DNA of 32,000 nucleotides from Candidatus Saccharimonadota bacterium. GTDB taxonomy: Bacteria; Patescibacteriota; Patescibacteriia; 2-12-FULL-60-25. The notes beneath the pieces were generated by a model. The model had not been told where the DNA came from. It saw only the letters and a program-made list of their open reading frames with translations, and did no database searches. Both the position numbers and the translations under genes were made by a program. Where the stretch lies: contig CP064964.1 in the NCBI GenBank assembly GCA_016699205.1, forward strand, positions 150,001-182,000, given 5' to 3'. Positions 14,244-22,166 of the stretch are shown piece after piece (positions within the stretch are counted from its first letter, which is position 1; every line of letters starts with the position of its first letter).

Positions 14244-14294
14244 AAGATAGCCGAGTTGATCGAGGTTTGCAAGAGGCGGACTGTGGGTTATGCT
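14244..14294. promoter_or_regulatory. Back-to-back divergent promoters sharing one palindromic -35 hexamer
   Basis: TTGCAA (14267-14272) is its own reverse complement. On the plus strand a 16-bp spacer leads to TATGCT (14289-14294), 8 nt before the rmuC ATG. On the minus strand a 17-bp spacer leads to TATCTT (14249-14244), upstream of the acidic-protein gene. Confidence 0.4.
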
Positions 14295-14302
14295 CTTACC
14301 CT

Positions 14303-15349
14303 ATGGGAATCGACCCTACGCTGGTAGTTTTAGCTGTTATTGTCCTTGTCGGGTTTGGGCTTTTGGCCTGGCTCCTTTTACGGCAGGGGAAGGGACAAGC
14401 CGGGATTGACCCGCAGCTTTTGATCGTTCTTCAGCAACGTTTGGAGAACCTGGACCGTGATATGCGCGGCTCTTTAACGGAGAGCATGAAGCATCAGCAA
14501 CAATCGAGCTATCAAATGACGAGTACGGTACGCGATGTCGCCGAGCGCTTGGTCAAAATCGAGGAAACAAACAAACAAGTGCTGAATTTTTCAGGTCAGC
14601 TTGAAAATTTACAGCGCATTCTTACCAATCCAAAACAGCGCGGTATTTTGGGCGAATATTATTTGGAAACGATTTTGAAAACCATTTTTGCGCCGGATCA
14701 GTACCAGATGCAGTACGCGTTTAAAGATGGGGAGATCGTCGACGCGGCGATTTTTATTCAGGACAAGATTGTTCCGGTTGATTCCAAATTCTCACTTGAA
14801 AATTATAATCGATTGGCGGCGGCGGAAGATCCGATCGATCGTGCTGCATACGAGAAGGCTTTCGTGAACGATTTGAAGATGCGTATCAAGGAAACGGGCA
14901 AATATATCCGTCCAGAGGAAGGGACGATGGACTTTGCTTTCATGTTTATTCCGCATGAAGCCATCTACTACGATTTGCTGATCAATAAAATTGGTGAAGT
15001 GGGGGAGGATACAGAGAGCTTGATCCAGCGTGCGGCTACGAAATATCATGTTATTATCGTTTCGCCGACCAGTTTTACGGCGTATCTGCAAACGGTGTTA
15101 CAAGGTTTACGAGCCATGAAGATTGAAGAGCAGGCAAAAGAGATTCGCCAGCGTGTTGATGAGCTTGGGAAGCATTTGGCTGCGTATCAGGAAAAACATG
15201 ACGCCGTTGGACGCGCCCTCGGTACAGCGGTGAACCAGTACAATCTTTCCGGTAAAGAGTTTTCGAAGCTCGATAAGGACGTTTTGCGTATCACGGGGGA
15301 GAGTGCTGGAGCAAATCCGCTCATGATCGATAAGCCGGAGGAAATGTAA
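14303..15349 (+). CDS. rmuC: DNA recombination protein RmuC
   Basis: N-terminal TM plus coiled coil. RmuC-type blocks: RGILGEYYLETIL, VDSKFSLENY, MFIPHEAIYYDL. The start was chosen at MGIDPTLVVLAVIV. Confidence 0.85.
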   Translation: MGIDPTLVVLAVIVLVGFGLLAWLLLRQGKGQAGIDPQLLIVLQQRLENLDRDMRGSLTESMKHQQQSSYQMTSTVRDVAERLVKIEETNKQVLNFSGQLENLQRILTNPKQRGILGEYYLETILKTIFAPDQYQMQYAFKDGEIVDAAIFIQDKIVPVDSKFSLENYNRLAAAEDPIDRAAYEKAFVNDLKMRIKETGKYIRPEEGTMDFAFMFIPHEAIYYDLLINKIGEVGEDTESLIQRAATKYHVIIVSPTSFTAYLQTVLQGLRAMKIEEQAKEIRQRVDELGKHLAAYQEKHDAVGRALGTAVNQYNLSGKEFSKLDKDVLRITGESAGANPLMIDKPEEM

Positions 15350-15352
15350 CCC

Positions 15353-15982
15353 ATGAATACTTGGATTCGACGCTTTGGATACGGTTTACTTGCTCTGGTC
15401 CTGGGAGCGACACTTTTTATCGCTTCTGTTGTTACCTTTGTACAAGTGAGTCGGATCGGGGAAATTGATCGAGATCAGATGAAGGCTCCCTACGCCATCG
15501 TGCTCGGAGCGAGCGTTAAACAGGATGGGACACCGTCGGATGCGCTCTATGACCGCATCGTGACCGCTGTAGAGCTCTATAACGATAAGCAGGTCGAGAA
15601 GCTGCTCATGACAGGGGATGACGGAAAATTCCACACCAATGAAGTCGAGGTGATGAAAAAGGCGGCGATGGAGCTCGGAGTGCCGCAAGCAGCGATCGAT
15701 GTTGATGGGGAGGGCTATCGTACGTATGAAAGCTGTAAGCGCGCGAAACAAGTTTTACATATCAATGAAGCTATCATCGTCACCCAGCGCTTTCATTTAG
15801 GGAGAGCGATGTATCTCTGTGATCGATTTGGTATTACTACGCAGGGCAGATCTGCGGATCGACAGTCATATCAGCGCATTCTGTTTTTTTGGGCGCGTGA
15901 TCTGACGGCGAGTTTCAAGGCTTGGTGGGATATCAATGTTCAGGAGCCAAAGCCGCCAGTAGATGCGAGTGAACGCGATTAA
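15353..15982 (+). CDS. SanA/YdcF-like DUF218 membrane protein
   Basis: N-terminal TM. DUF218 core: AIVLGASVKQDGTPSDALYDRI...KLLMTGDDG...EVEVMKKAAMELGVP. It starts 3 nt after the rmuC stop. Confidence 0.8.
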   Translation: MNTWIRRFGYGLLALVLGATLFIASVVTFVQVSRIGEIDRDQMKAPYAIVLGASVKQDGTPSDALYDRIVTAVELYNDKQVEKLLMTGDDGKFHTNEVEVMKKAAMELGVPQAAIDVDGEGYRTYESCKRAKQVLHINEAIIVTQRFHLGRAMYLCDRFGITTQGRSADRQSYQRILFFWARDLTASFKAWWDINVQEPKPPVDASERD

Positions 15983-15986
15983 CAAG

Positions 15987-16024
15987 AACGCCCCGCCGGA
16001 CAGAATGTCAGCGGGGCGTTTAGT
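15987..16024. terminator. Intrinsic terminator
   Basis: 10-bp stem AACGCCCCGC / GCGGGGCGTT with an inner 3-bp extension, followed by T-rich sequence. It lies between convergent transcription units. Confidence 0.75.
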
Positions 16025-16034
16025 TTCGTCAGGC

Positions 16035-16142
16035 TCATCGGACAGGCTTGAGCGAGTAGTAGACCTCGTAAAAGCGGTCGCAGATCAGCTTGGCGCGGTT
16101 GCGTACACGGATGAGAGTGCGTTTGATCTTGTGACGCAGCAT
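16035..16142 (-). CDS. Possible small basic protein (35 aa)
   Basis: MLRHKIKRTLIRVRNRAKLICDRFYEVYYSLKPVR. Its ATG lies 1 nt after the stop of the upstream 39-codon ORF. It is too short for the ORF track under this start. Speculative. Confidence 0.2.
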   Translation of the reverse strand: MLRHKIKRTLIRVRNRAKLICDRFYEVYYSLKPVR

Positions 16143-16143
16143 G

Positions 16144-16263
16144 TCAGCACCGTGCCCAGGAGAACAGACGGGATAGGAGATCGAACAGCTCGAGCAGCGG
16201 AGCCGTGAGGATCGTGAGCCACATTTCCGTGGCAGGACCAAAAGTAGTGACCTCGTCTTCCAT
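16144..16263 (-). CDS. Possible small hydrophobic protein (39 aa)
   Basis: MEDEVTTFGPATEMWLTILTAPLLELFDLLSRLFSWARC. GAGGTG lies 4 nt upstream of the ATG, 48 nt downstream of the rhodanese-gene stop. Speculative. Confidence 0.2.
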   Translation of the reverse strand: MEDEVTTFGPATEMWLTILTAPLLELFDLLSRLFSWARC

Positions 16264-16311
16264 GTAGCACCTCAAAATCGAAGCTAACACTCTGTAGGCC
16301 GATTTTCAAGC

Positions 16312-17475
16312 TTAAGGCTGTGATGGGTAGCCGGAACGTTTCCAGAGCTCGAGATCGCGGAACGGCTCATCAAAGGTCCAGCCGAGGCGGGATAATCTGA
16401 CACCGAGAATGCGGCCGTAGAAACAATCGACGTATTCCGAGCAGGTGACAATCAAAATTTTTCTATTTGGATTGAGGAGGGCGATTGAAGATGAGACGGC
16501 CGAGGTCGGCATGTATTTGATCGGGATATTGATCGCGCCTGGAAGATGGAATTTGTTAAACAATTCTGGATCACGCGTATCGACAATGGTTGCCCCTTGG
16601 TCAAATCGGCGCTTGGTCTCGGGGAAACTTACGTAATTAAAATTGGTGAAACGATCTGACCAGCGATCATCGCCATGCCAGGGGAGACCGGAATCGATCC
16701 AGCCTGGGTCGCCATTTGGGATACCTTGGATCGGCTCACCTTGAAGACCGCCTTTGATAGCAAAGGCACGTGGAAAGCCGTTCGCTCGTAGCAAAGTCGT
16801 GATTTCTTCTCCGCGCTTGGAAGTCCAGCAGAGCACAAGAATATCGCGGTCTTTTGGAAGGAGGTTGGGGAGATCGTGCAGGAGATCGCCGTAACGAATG
16901 TCCGTTGTTGTAGCAGCGACATAGCCGATTTCATGCTCTTCAGGCTCACGAACATCCAACACAAAAATACGATCTGACCAGCGAGGTTCAGCCACCACCT
17001 GTTTCAAAATCGCCGTAGGAACAAGTTTCGTGGAGGATGAGACGCGCGTAGAAATAAGATCGTGCGTGCCGACATCCACCGTTGGGGGAGGAATATTTAT
17101 GAGCGGCTGCGTGAAGGTTGCGTTATTAATGCGGTCTTGGGCTTTCTTGGTATCAGCATCAAGTGCCGCGGCGATTTCTTTTTGCATCACATCATATTGC
17201 GACCAAGCGATGTAGCCGATACCGCAAACAAGTACGATGAATCCGAGGGTGAAGATGGAGAACGTGATACGTCGATCGCGCGGAGAAGCTGAGTCAACTT
17301 TGCGCTTGATCCAAGAGCCCATGATCGCGAATCCAGCTGATGCAAAACCGACCATCGTTGCAAACCAAGCAAGAGCAGGACCGAGAATATCTCCGGCAGG
17401 AATGGCAAAAGCCGGAAAAGGCAGGATCAGAGCCAAGAGGACAAGTGCGGGGATCGGGGATACCATGGTCTGCAT
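16312..17475 (-). CDS. Membrane protein with tandem rhodanese-like domains
   Basis: Three N-terminal TM helices. Domain 1 has a catalytic-type loop, CWTSKRG. Domain 2 (IVDTRDPELF...ILIVTCSEYVDC) lacks the Arg. The start is ambiguous (ATG 17487, 17475 or 17466). Confidence 0.75.
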   Translation of the reverse strand: MQTMVSPIPALVLLALILPFPAFAIPAGDILGPALAWFATMVGFASAGFAIMGSWIKRKVDSASPRDRRITFSIFTLGFIVLVCGIGYIAWSQYDVMQKEIAAALDADTKKAQDRINNATFTQPLINIPPPTVDVGTHDLISTRVSSSTKLVPTAILKQVVAEPRWSDRIFVLDVREPEEHEIGYVAATTTDIRYGDLLHDLPNLLPKDRDILVLCWTSKRGEEITTLLRANGFPRAFAIKGGLQGEPIQGIPNGDPGWIDSGLPWHGDDRWSDRFTNFNYVSFPETKRRFDQGATIVDTRDPELFNKFHLPGAINIPIKYMPTSAVSSSIALLNPNRKILIVTCSEYVDCFYGRILGVRLSRLGWTFDEPFRDLELWKRSGYPSQP

Positions 17476-19087
17476 GATACAGAACATCGGTTCCCTACCG
17501 CCAGGGAATAGGGCTGGCGGTAAAGCCTCTGGTCTCGATTTGCTGATAAAAAATGGCATACCTGTTCCAACGGCTTGGGTTCTTAGCCATGACGATATCG
17601 CTCACCTGAAATTGAAGCCGGGGAGATATGCTGTTCGTAGCTCGGCAGAGGCGGAAGATGGGTGCGAGACGAGCTTTGCCGGGCAATTTGAAAGTCGTAT
17701 CCGTGTTGAAGCCAGAGATGTGCCCAAAGCCGTCGAGGAGCTCGTTAAGCACGCGGCTATGGTGATTGGAGCTGATCGATTCTCGATCATCGTTCAGGAT
17801 TGGGTTGAGTCGAAGGTTTCTGGTGTAGCGTTCTCACAGCATCCAACAAAAGATATGCCAGGAGTAATGGTCATCGATGCTGTTACCGGGTCGAATGAAA
17901 AACTGATGTCTGGCGAGATAAATGCCGTTCGAGCTTATGCTTGGGAGGATGTTCAGCTTGTTCCGGATTCGTATCCATTACCAGAAAATGTTTTAACAGA
18001 GCTAAAAACATCTATTTTACAAATTGCGACACTTATCAACTCACCTGCTGACATTGAGTGGGCTTGGGATGGTCAAAAACTCTGGATTCTTCAGGCGAGA
18101 CCCATCACAAGACTTCCTGCGGCAGATTCTCTCGATCATGAAGAGGCGCGAGTCATGCGACTCTTTGCTTACCGACCTGAACTTGTTCTTGATCGAAATG
18201 ATTTTGCCGAGTCCGCTCCCCGGCCGGATGAAAAAACATTTCAAATGATTCGTGGCTTGTATCGCGAGCAAGGTGCGTTTCATCGTGCTGCTATCGAACT
18301 TGGTCTCGATTATAACGTCGAATATGCAGCTGAGTATTTTCAATTAGTGTTTGGTTGGCTGTATTCGGATGCTTCAAGACAACCTGTTCGGACTCCGCGT
18401 GGATTTTTTTCTGGCATCAAATCCGTATTTCGACTGTCTTCCGAGTTAGAACGCTTTGCTCGTGAGTATTATTCCACGTTGAATGATTCGGATCCGGAAA
18501 AGTCGTATGCCAAGGCCTCAATACTCGCTCAGTTTGCGCAGAAGCAATCATCGCGACCAATTCCGGCTGATATTTGGGCTTTGCGCTCAGCATCGAAACG
18601 CACTGCGTGGAAAGAACCAAAGACCGTAGGCGAGCTGTATGCCGTCTTACGTGAAGATACGAAATTTGCATCGTACACGCAGTCGTCAGGAGAAATGATC
18701 GAACTGCCAATCGTGATCACGAAGAGGGATGCGTTGGATCTCCGCTCCGCAGTTACCGTTTCTGACGGACTCAGAGGCCAGGGTGTATCGGAAGGCTTGG
18801 TTGAAGGTATCAGTATACCCCTCAAATCGTCCCAGAGGCTTATAGAGGCTCGCATTCTTATCGTATCAGCGCTTACACCAGAATGGTTTCCTTTTTTGGA
18901 TAAAAACGTATTAGGGATCGTTTCTGAGACGGGCAGCTCCATGAGCCACGGAGCCATCCAGTGTCGAGAGAGGGGGATACCAGCGATTTTTGGCGTTCAA
19001 GGAGCTATGAAGCGTTTAAGCGATGGAACGAAAATCCGGATCGATGGAAAACGAGGAATGATAAAAATTTTGTCGTCGAATGAGTAG
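17465..19087 (+). CDS. PEP-utilising-enzyme family phosphotransferase (PPDK_N ATP-grasp + swivel His domain, no PEP/pyruvate TIM barrel)
   Basis: N-terminal blocks: GGKASGLDLLIKNGIPVP, AVRSSAEAEDGCETSFAGQFES, IEWAWDGQKLWILQARPIT. The C-terminal mobile domain is LIVSALTPEWFPFL...ETGSSMSHGAIQCRERGIPAIFG. Start at ATG 17465 or 17474; the track ORF from 17237 is a spurious extension. Confidence 0.8.
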   Translation: MVCMIQNIGSLPPGNRAGGKASGLDLLIKNGIPVPTAWVLSHDDIAHLKLKPGRYAVRSSAEAEDGCETSFAGQFESRIRVEARDVPKAVEELVKHAAMVIGADRFSIIVQDWVESKVSGVAFSQHPTKDMPGVMVIDAVTGSNEKLMSGEINAVRAYAWEDVQLVPDSYPLPENVLTELKTSILQIATLINSPADIEWAWDGQKLWILQARPITRLPAADSLDHEEARVMRLFAYRPELVLDRNDFAESAPRPDEKTFQMIRGLYREQGAFHRAAIELGLDYNVEYAAEYFQLVFGWLYSDASRQPVRTPRGFFSGIKSVFRLSSELERFAREYYSTLNDSDPEKSYAKASILAQFAQKQSSRPIPADIWALRSASKRTAWKEPKTVGELYAVLREDTKFASYTQSSGEMIELPIVITKRDALDLRSAVTVSDGLRGQGVSEGLVEGISIPLKSSQRLIEARILIVSALTPEWFPFLDKNVLGIVSETGSSMSHGAIQCRERGIPAIFGVQGAMKRLSDGTKIRIDGKRGMIKILSSNE

Positions 19088-19295
19088 AGGAGTCTGTGTA
19101 GCAATTACGTGCAATATTTCGTTATTACGAGTGTCGGGAAATCGGATCGGAAAAATTATTTTGGACGCAGGGGAGGAGAGTGGATAAAAGCTCAATGTTT
19201 ACCGAAGCTCTAAACCTATGCGTCGTACAATATATCTTATACGTCGCATGGGAGGATTCAATCAGCGTTCTAGCCAAATCGATTCTTAAGCTGAT

Positions 19296-20123
19296 TTATT
19301 GTTCCTTCAGATAAACACGTCCTGGAACTCGTACATCTACGTAATCCAACGGCTTTAGTCCTGGCGGCTTTGTTTTAATAAATCCTAGGTATGTCTTTAC
19401 CTGTAAATCTAACGGCGCGGTTATATCCATTAATACGTCGTAACCCTCATGGCTTAGGACCTTAAATAAGGTGCTAGAGGCTGTTGGAGGTTCAACTTCT
19501 CGGTATTGGAGCTTATAGGACTTCAGGTCTTCAGCCAGCTTAATCCATTCCTTGGCGCGTCTGGCGTCCGTTAAAATCGTTCCTTTGGCGATGTCGTAAT
19601 CCAAATCGGTTTTAATGATTGGCGGATCGTCATTTGTCGCCAGTTGTTGGCCAAGCAGACGAGCTTGCGCATTCTTGCGCTCATCAATGGTTAACTCTTC
19701 TGTAGCGACACCTTGGATATCGACCCAGAAATATTGCTTGTGCGAATGGTAGATCACCTTCTTGGACCTCTCCTCTATCGAGAGTCGTAAAACGTTGTTA
19801 TATGACTTATCCACAATCACATTCGCCACAAATAAACGATCCTTAAGTTCTTGTGACAAAGCTTTTTCATCGACAAACCAGGCATGTCTGGCTGGCCAAG
19901 GCCGCCACTCTCCCCTGTTATCGAGGCTTTGGAAGACTTCTCTTGTCACTTCTACCGGATCAATGGTCTTCACTCCCCTCACCTCGATCTCGTTGATCGT
20001 AAATGCGTCGCTCATGAAGAGGACATACGGCCAGCCGATACACGCAACAGATCCCAACATCAAAAAAACCGCATTGCGCTTGGAGAAACGCTGTTGGCGC
20101 AGGGCGCGGTTAATGTCAGACAT
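19296..20123 (-). CDS. ftsQ: Cell division protein FtsQ/DivIB (POTRA domain)
   Basis: TM anchor plus POTRA-like FTINEIEVRGVKTIDPVEV and C-terminal VDVRVPGRVYL. It occupies the classic position immediately downstream of ddl. Confidence 0.75.
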   Translation of the reverse strand: MSDINRALRQQRFSKRNAVFLMLGSVACIGWPYVLFMSDAFTINEIEVRGVKTIDPVEVTREVFQSLDNRGEWRPWPARHAWFVDEKALSQELKDRLFVANVIVDKSYNNVLRLSIEERSKKVIYHSHKQYFWVDIQGVATEELTIDERKNAQARLLGQQLATNDDPPIIKTDLDYDIAKGTILTDARRAKEWIKLAEDLKSYKLQYREVEPPTASSTLFKVLSHEGYDVLMDITAPLDLQVKTYLGFIKTKPPGLKPLDYVDVRVPGRVYLKEQ

Positions 20124-20129
20124 AATTAA

Positions 20130-21032
20130 TTATTTCATCGCCAACCGGATCATTTGGTCGAGAAGCTTGGGGAATGATAAGCCGAAGGTTTTAGCCGCCA
20201 ATGGAAGCAGTGAGGTTTCCGTCATGCCTGGAAGCGTGTTGGTTTCAAGAACCTCAATCCCTTTTGAACCCCAGATCATGTCCGTACGCGAGTAACCCCG
20301 ACATCCAAGTGCTTTATGAGCCTTTAAAGCCAGCTGCTGGGCTTTTTTGGTGACAGCCAAAGGAATTGGCGCGGGGCAGATTTCATCGCTCATTCCAGGC
20401 GTATATTTGGCCTCAAAGTCGAAGAAGGCTTTTTTGGGGATGATCTCGATGACAGGGAGCGCTTCATCGCCAAGAACACCTACCGTGAGCTCGCGTCCTT
20501 CACGAAACGCCTCGATCAAACAGGAACCTTCTTTTTTGATTCTTGCTTCAATAAGTTTCTTCCATTTAGCTTTGGCTGGATTAACGGTTACACCGACACT
20601 CGAACCATCAGCATTAGGCTTGATCACGATGTGCTTACCGAGCTTTTTCTGGATAAGCGAAATATCCGCACGCTCAACCATGAGCGATGGCGGAGTTGGG
20701 ATCCCGTTTTCACGATAAATCATCTTGCTACGATCCTTATCCATGGCGAGTGCGGAAGCCATGACACCGGAGCCGGTACAAGGAATCTCCAACCACTCAA
20801 GCAAACCTTGAATAGCCCCGTCTTCACCACCGCGTCCGTGGAGCGCGTTGAAGGCTACGTCGATTTTTCCGGCTCTTGCATCTTTGATGAGACGCATTAG
20901 TTGGCTCTTGGGATCGTAGGTGGTTACACGGTAGCGTTTGCGGTCCAAATTCTTAACGATTTGCTGGCCGGATTTCAAAGAAATCTCCCGCTCATTGGAG
21001 ATTCCACCGAGCAAAACTGCTACACGGATCAT
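20130..21032 (-). CDS. ddl: D-alanine--D-alanine ligase
   Basis: N-terminus VAVLLGGISNEREISLKSG. The ATP-grasp body runs through the C-terminal EVLETNTLPGMTETSLLP. Confidence 0.95.
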   Translation of the reverse strand: MIRVAVLLGGISNEREISLKSGQQIVKNLDRKRYRVTTYDPKSQLMRLIKDARAGKIDVAFNALHGRGGEDGAIQGLLEWLEIPCTGSGVMASALAMDKDRSKMIYRENGIPTPPSLMVERADISLIQKKLGKHIVIKPNADGSSVGVTVNPAKAKWKKLIEARIKKEGSCLIEAFREGRELTVGVLGDEALPVIEIIPKKAFFDFEAKYTPGMSDEICPAPIPLAVTKKAQQLALKAHKALGCRGYSRTDMIWGSKGIEVLETNTLPGMTETSLLPLAAKTFGLSFPKLLDQMIRLAMK

Positions 21033-21036
21033 GACC

Positions 21037-22164
21037 CTATTTTACCACGATTCTGGGGATTTCCGGATTCAATCTCGCGACAATCTCGTAGTTAATCGTA
21101 CCGGCCAAATCAGCCATTTCTTCTGCACTTATCGATTGCTTTCCTTGTGATCCGATCAAGACAGCTTCTGACTCAGGCCCGATAATCTTTAAGCCCGTTA
21201 CATCGACCATCGCCATATTCATACAGACACGTCCCATGACTTTGCAGCGTTTACCGCAGATCAAAACCTGGCCCTGACGCGACATACCGACGCGGTCGAA
21301 TCCGTCTGCGTAACCGATGGGTAATACGGCGACCTGACCATCTCGCGGCATCTTCTCGGTTAATCCGTAGCTGATCGGCGTTCCTTTTTTTACGGACTTC
21401 ACTTGCGCGACAATTGATTTCCAGGATAGTGCCGGCCGTAATTCGAACCCACGACGCGTGACGCGTGACGCGTGACGCGTGGTCTCCGCTGGCCAGAGGC
21501 CGTACATAGCGATACCGACACGCAAAAGATTGAAATGTGTGTCTGAGTACAAAATGGATGCGGCGCTAGAAGCTGTGTGTTTGAATTTTGGATCAATTTT
21601 GTGTTCTTTTAAAATAGCTAATGCTTTTTGAAATACATCAAGTTGGTGATCGGCGTAGGCTCGGGATTTGGTATCTTCGATGTTGGCGAAGTGTAGGAAT
21701 GTTCCCTCGATTTCAATATTGGGATACTTCCCTATCAATCGGATCAGTGACGAAAGATCTTCAAGGCGCACGCCATCGCGTGTCAGACCCGTTTCAATCG
21801 GTAAATGAATCTTGGCTGCTCCCCTCCCCTTTCCCAGCGCTCTGATTGTTTCCGCGTTATAAGCAACGACAGAGATGTTATTTTTTACTGCATCGATCAA
21901 GCGGTGATTGGGTGTGTAGCCGAGCACGAGAATCGGTTTACGAATTCCAGAATGCCGGAGTGTGAGGGCTTCATCGATATGATCGACAGCGAACCAGTGC
22001 ACCCCGCTTTTCGACAGGATACGAGAGCTTTCAACCAAGCCGTGGCCGTAAGCATTCGACTTTACGACCGCCATCACTTTGGCTTTTCCAGCAAGGTTCA
22101 AAAAGGCCTGCGCATTGTGGCGCAGGGCCGATTCTGAGACTTCAATCCAAGTCTTAGGATTCAT
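21037..22164 (-). CDS. alr: Alanine racemase
   Basis: PLP-lysine motif AVVKSNAYGHG, with a full-length two-domain layout. Confidence 0.95.
   Translation of the reverse strand: MNPKTWIEVSESALRHNAQAFLNLAGKAKVMAVVKSNAYGHGLVESSRILSKSGVHWFAVDHIDEALTLRHSGIRKPILVLGYTPNHRLIDAVKNNISVVAYNAETIRALGKGRGAAKIHLPIETGLTRDGVRLEDLSSLIRLIGKYPNIEIEGTFLHFANIEDTKSRAYADHQLDVFQKALAILKEHKIDPKFKHTASSAASILYSDTHFNLLRVGIAMYGLWPAETTRHASRVTRRGFELRPALSWKSIVAQVKSVKKGTPISYGLTEKMPRDGQVAVLPIGYADGFDRVGMSRQGQVLICGKRCKVMGRVCMNMAMVDVTGLKIIGPESEAVLIGSQGKQSISAEEMADLAGTINYEIVARLNPEIPRIVVK
21454..21481. repeat. Perfect tandem heptanucleotide repeat (ACGCGTG)x4 inside alr
   Basis: Read directly: acgcgtg acgcgtg acgcgtg acgcgtg. On the coding strand ACGCGTC x4 encodes TRHASRVTR. 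Each unit contains the palindrome ACGCGT. Confidence 0.9.
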
Positions 22165-22166
22165 GC

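Noticed and set aside
17237-17464. N-terminal 76-codon extension of the PEP-utilising enzyme ORF
   Set aside because: The extension is antisense to the TM-helix region of the rhodanese gene and is Arg/Ala/Gly-rich. Homologous enzymes begin about 15-20 residues before the GGK block, which fits ATG 17465 or 17474.
19088-19314. 208-bp convergent spacer between the PEP-utilising enzyme gene and ftsQ, including a 39-codon ORF (19195-19314, MFTEALNLCVVQYILYVAWEDS...)
   Set aside because: I saw no tRNA-like T-loop, no convincing terminator hairpin and no repeat. The mini-ORF's GGAGGAGAG lies 14 nt from the ATG, which is too far, and the ORF runs into the ftsQ 3' end. I treated it as chance.
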